Source: Phoronis australis (Eukaryota; Animalia; Phoronida). From it: a stretch of 64,000 nt of DNA. Both the position numbers and the translations under genes were made by a program. The notes under the pieces are model-generated. The model did not search any database. It had not been told where the DNA came from and saw nothing but the letters and a program-made list of their open reading frames with translations. The stretch covers positions 963,054-1,027,053 of the forward strand of contig NMRA01000095.1 of assembly GCA_002633005.1 (NCBI GenBank). The letters run 5' to 3'. How positions within the stretch are numbered: position 1 is the first letter of the stretch; every line of letters begins with the position of its first letter. Positions 61,701 through 64,000 of the stretch are shown one piece after another.

Positions 61701-63794
61701 AACGTCCATACAGCATAATACCTAATCCGTATCACTACAATCGCCGCAATATGGTCATATTTACTTTTCATGTTTCTAACCTTGTTTTCGGAAAAAAAAC
61801 TTACATCCTTTCGTCAGACAACTCTCTGGTGCATTAACATGTTCTCTACGTAGTGTATTTTTCTACGTGTCTGCGGTAAACTATCGACACATTTGTATGA
61901 TTTTATATCCAGGTTGGACTCTCAAGACTGGTCATTTAACTCACGTAGTGTCAACTTTCGCGTTGTTTTTCGCAGTGAACCTCGATTTCTTTTTTAATGT
62001 CCGCCCCGTGAATTAGGTCTATAGTTTGAAAACAGCCAATATTTGGGAATCGAAGCTAACCCTGGGAACAGAACACTAACCACACCTGTCCACTATAGTG
62101 GGACTTTTCTTATTCTCAAAAAAAAAAAACACTTCCTGCTTACTACACACTTTTGGCACAAGTTTGCAGTGGATCTGTACACTTCCGTTTTAAGGCTTCG
62201 ATTACCATTTTTTGGGGAACCGAGTTTCACACACAATGAATCAAAGTTTTATTTACTGTATATGCGCCAATCCCCGTTCAAATGATGTTTTCAAACTTGT
62301 TTGCCTTGTGTTGAGACTGGTTTGGCATTACTTTCCGGTTAATTATAGTTTTCGCTTCGGAAATTTCCCACCCACCGTTTTCGTGGGTGCGCATGCGTTA
62401 AATCTTGCAATCAACCCTCAATACGGAATACATGGGAACGAAATAACGATGAGAATTTAGTTATTGAGGGAGATAACCAATTTCGAAAAGATTTGATGCC
62501 AATTATAAGCGTTTTAGTGAAAGATTTCCACTTCCTTGAGGTTTGAGTTCAGTTTGTGCCGTTGAAGTCAGTGTGTTAACGATCGTCCGGAAGCTATTAT
62601 TTAAGCATACAGACTGAGTCAAGTTCGGTGAAATTCATTTGTATATCGGATTTGACGACAGACCAATAGGCAACGTGACCTCTTTGCTGGCTGGGATGGG
62701 GCTTCAACACTCCCGATCGGACTCTGTGTTAATTTCATTCCATGTATTTTAAAGCGTTCCTAAAATGGGATTCTGCAATTTTTGATGTTTTAGGCAGTGT
62801 ATGCCAAGTTTATATTACAACACTAACTAAACAAGCACTTCTTTTGGGAAGTAATGGAGGAATTGTGATGAAGTATCAATGATTTTTTTCGGTTTCCCGC
62901 CACCTGATAAGTCATCAGTGCAACACGTTGATCAGTGGACTGTATACATGTACATGCAATGGCGGATTGTAGTGGTTTTGTACTGTAAGTTACGAAGACT
63001 TAGAGAGCAAGCTTGGCGAGTTTTGTGAAAACAGCAATGGCAATGGGATGAAGAGGATGCTCAGGCCATTGGTGAATCAGGTAGTGAGTTAGAGATAGCT
63101 ATATCGGCATATTTTTGGGTGTTTGAGGCCGTGCGAACTCTACCCTCACGCACCGGCGCCTTAGGCGAGTGAAGCCAAGTCGGAGTCTATCGTTTGTGAA
63201 CAGTCCTAATTTCAGAGCCGTAATTAAAGCCTTTTACGGATTCACGATTTAACTTTCTAGTCTAGTGCGGAATCACGTGTGTCTCGAATCCAAATCTGAC
63301 TGAAGTACTTACCCTGGCGGTCAAAATCCAGTCACAAGTAGTAGACAGTTTGTCGAATGCCAAGTGCGTTTGACAGGATCGATGATATCTGATCATAGTG
63401 CTGCTAACTGGATTTCATTTCTGGTAAATGATACTCGGTTCTCTCGTGTCTTTTTCAAAGTTTTGAAATGGTTGTGATCTGCCGATTATTTAGGTTGCAT
63501 GTCTCACTCCAGCATCTGTGCCAGCTGTGGTCGTGACCTCAAACTACTTGGCATCTACAGTGTACATCGCATTTTCTACTATTTTAGGAGATCCGAATTG
63601 AAAGCTAAAGGTCGACGTTCTCGCACGGACATTATAAAATCCAGAAAAGATAAACACAACATGACCTCATCTGCAAAATGATTAGCTGGTGTTTAAAAAA
63701 TAATACATTTTATCTTTTTAATTATTCTTAGGCAATCGTGCGCCGTGCCCAGCTGGCCAGTCGTCGTTTACAGGGTTCCCGCCTGGATGTAACG
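55573..63794 (+). CDS. VWDE: Gene 2: paralogous VWDE-like gene, first three recognised exons (55573-55785, 60347-60553, 63732-63794); continues beyond the window
   Basis: Exon lengths 213/207/63 versus 210/207/63 in gene 1, same phases. CDRALDSGWYRF...CGTKHPGWMMG; VTRSIC...CC...NC...YYLPRVTACPIGYCAG; CPAGQSSFTGFPPGC. Confidence 0.9.
57117..57370 (+). mobile_element. Second copy of the short TIR element at 27445-27694
   Basis: Starts CATGCGCCCACCCAG; internal motifs shared in reverse complement. Confidence 0.55.
59360..59730 (-). repeat. Dispersed repeat, inverted copy of 24650-25050
   Basis: cttcaaaacaaacgtcacgtgacaacaacatgtgt and atttggacttaatc are reverse complements of 24910-25005. Confidence 0.8.
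60347..60553 (+). CDS. Gene 2 exon, D8C second half
   Basis: attaag| and GCAG|gtaag. Confidence 0.9.
60610..62020 (+). mobile_element. ISL2EU/Harbinger-like TIR element with THAP relic (spans the N at 61137)
   Basis: at|AGACCTAATTCA ... TGAATTAGGTCT|at; internal FTIPNSVEIRKRWIVATRRDEG...VC is THAP-like. Confidence 0.6.
63732..63794 (+). CDS. Gene 2 exon (63 bp), GNRAPCPAGQSSFTGFPPGCN
   Basis: ttcttag| and |gtgag; paralog of 7017-7079. Confidence 0.88.
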
Positions 63795-64000
63795 GTGAGT
63801 CAGACAGATTGTATGATAACATTGAAAGGGGACCCTGCATTATTCTTATGTATTATTACCTGACTGGCCGAAGACAAGTGCATATAGCGGCATAATAAAA
63901 CATCACTGACTTTAAGAAAATGATACAAGTTTAAAAAACATAACCCAAGAACGACTTGATGCTGAAAATTTCCAATTAACGTGTAGCACCACACGGACCT

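Overview
Eukaryotic (animal, probably marine invertebrate) genomic DNA, AT-rich and intron-rich, with single-N assembly breaks at 37386, 57140 and 61137. The main content is a tandem pair of + strand, multi-exon genes of the invertebrate VWDE-like family (von Willebrand factor D and EGF domain-containing). Gene 1 was reconstructed by eye as 20 phase-consistent GT-AG exons (5396-37385, about 1,900 codons). Its order is: UMOD/GP2-type D8C domain, beta-rich region, VWD domain, furin site, tenascin-type EGF, second furin site, four 38-aa Cys-repeat exons, and a Thr/Ser/Gly mucin stalk of 75-bp monomers in a 225-bp higher-order repeat that runs into a gap. A probable terminal exon with an NPVY motif follows the gap (38302-38488). 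Gene 2 begins at 55573 with three paralogous exons and leaves the window. Introns and intergenic DNA contain two Kolobok DNA transposon copies (TTAA target site, THAP-transposase plus KolX), CR1 and RTE LINE fragments, hAT, THAP and HIRAN relics, and several MITE-like inverted-repeat elements. I did not identify a signal-peptide exon or a transmembrane exon. All family assignments come from motif recognition, not database searches.
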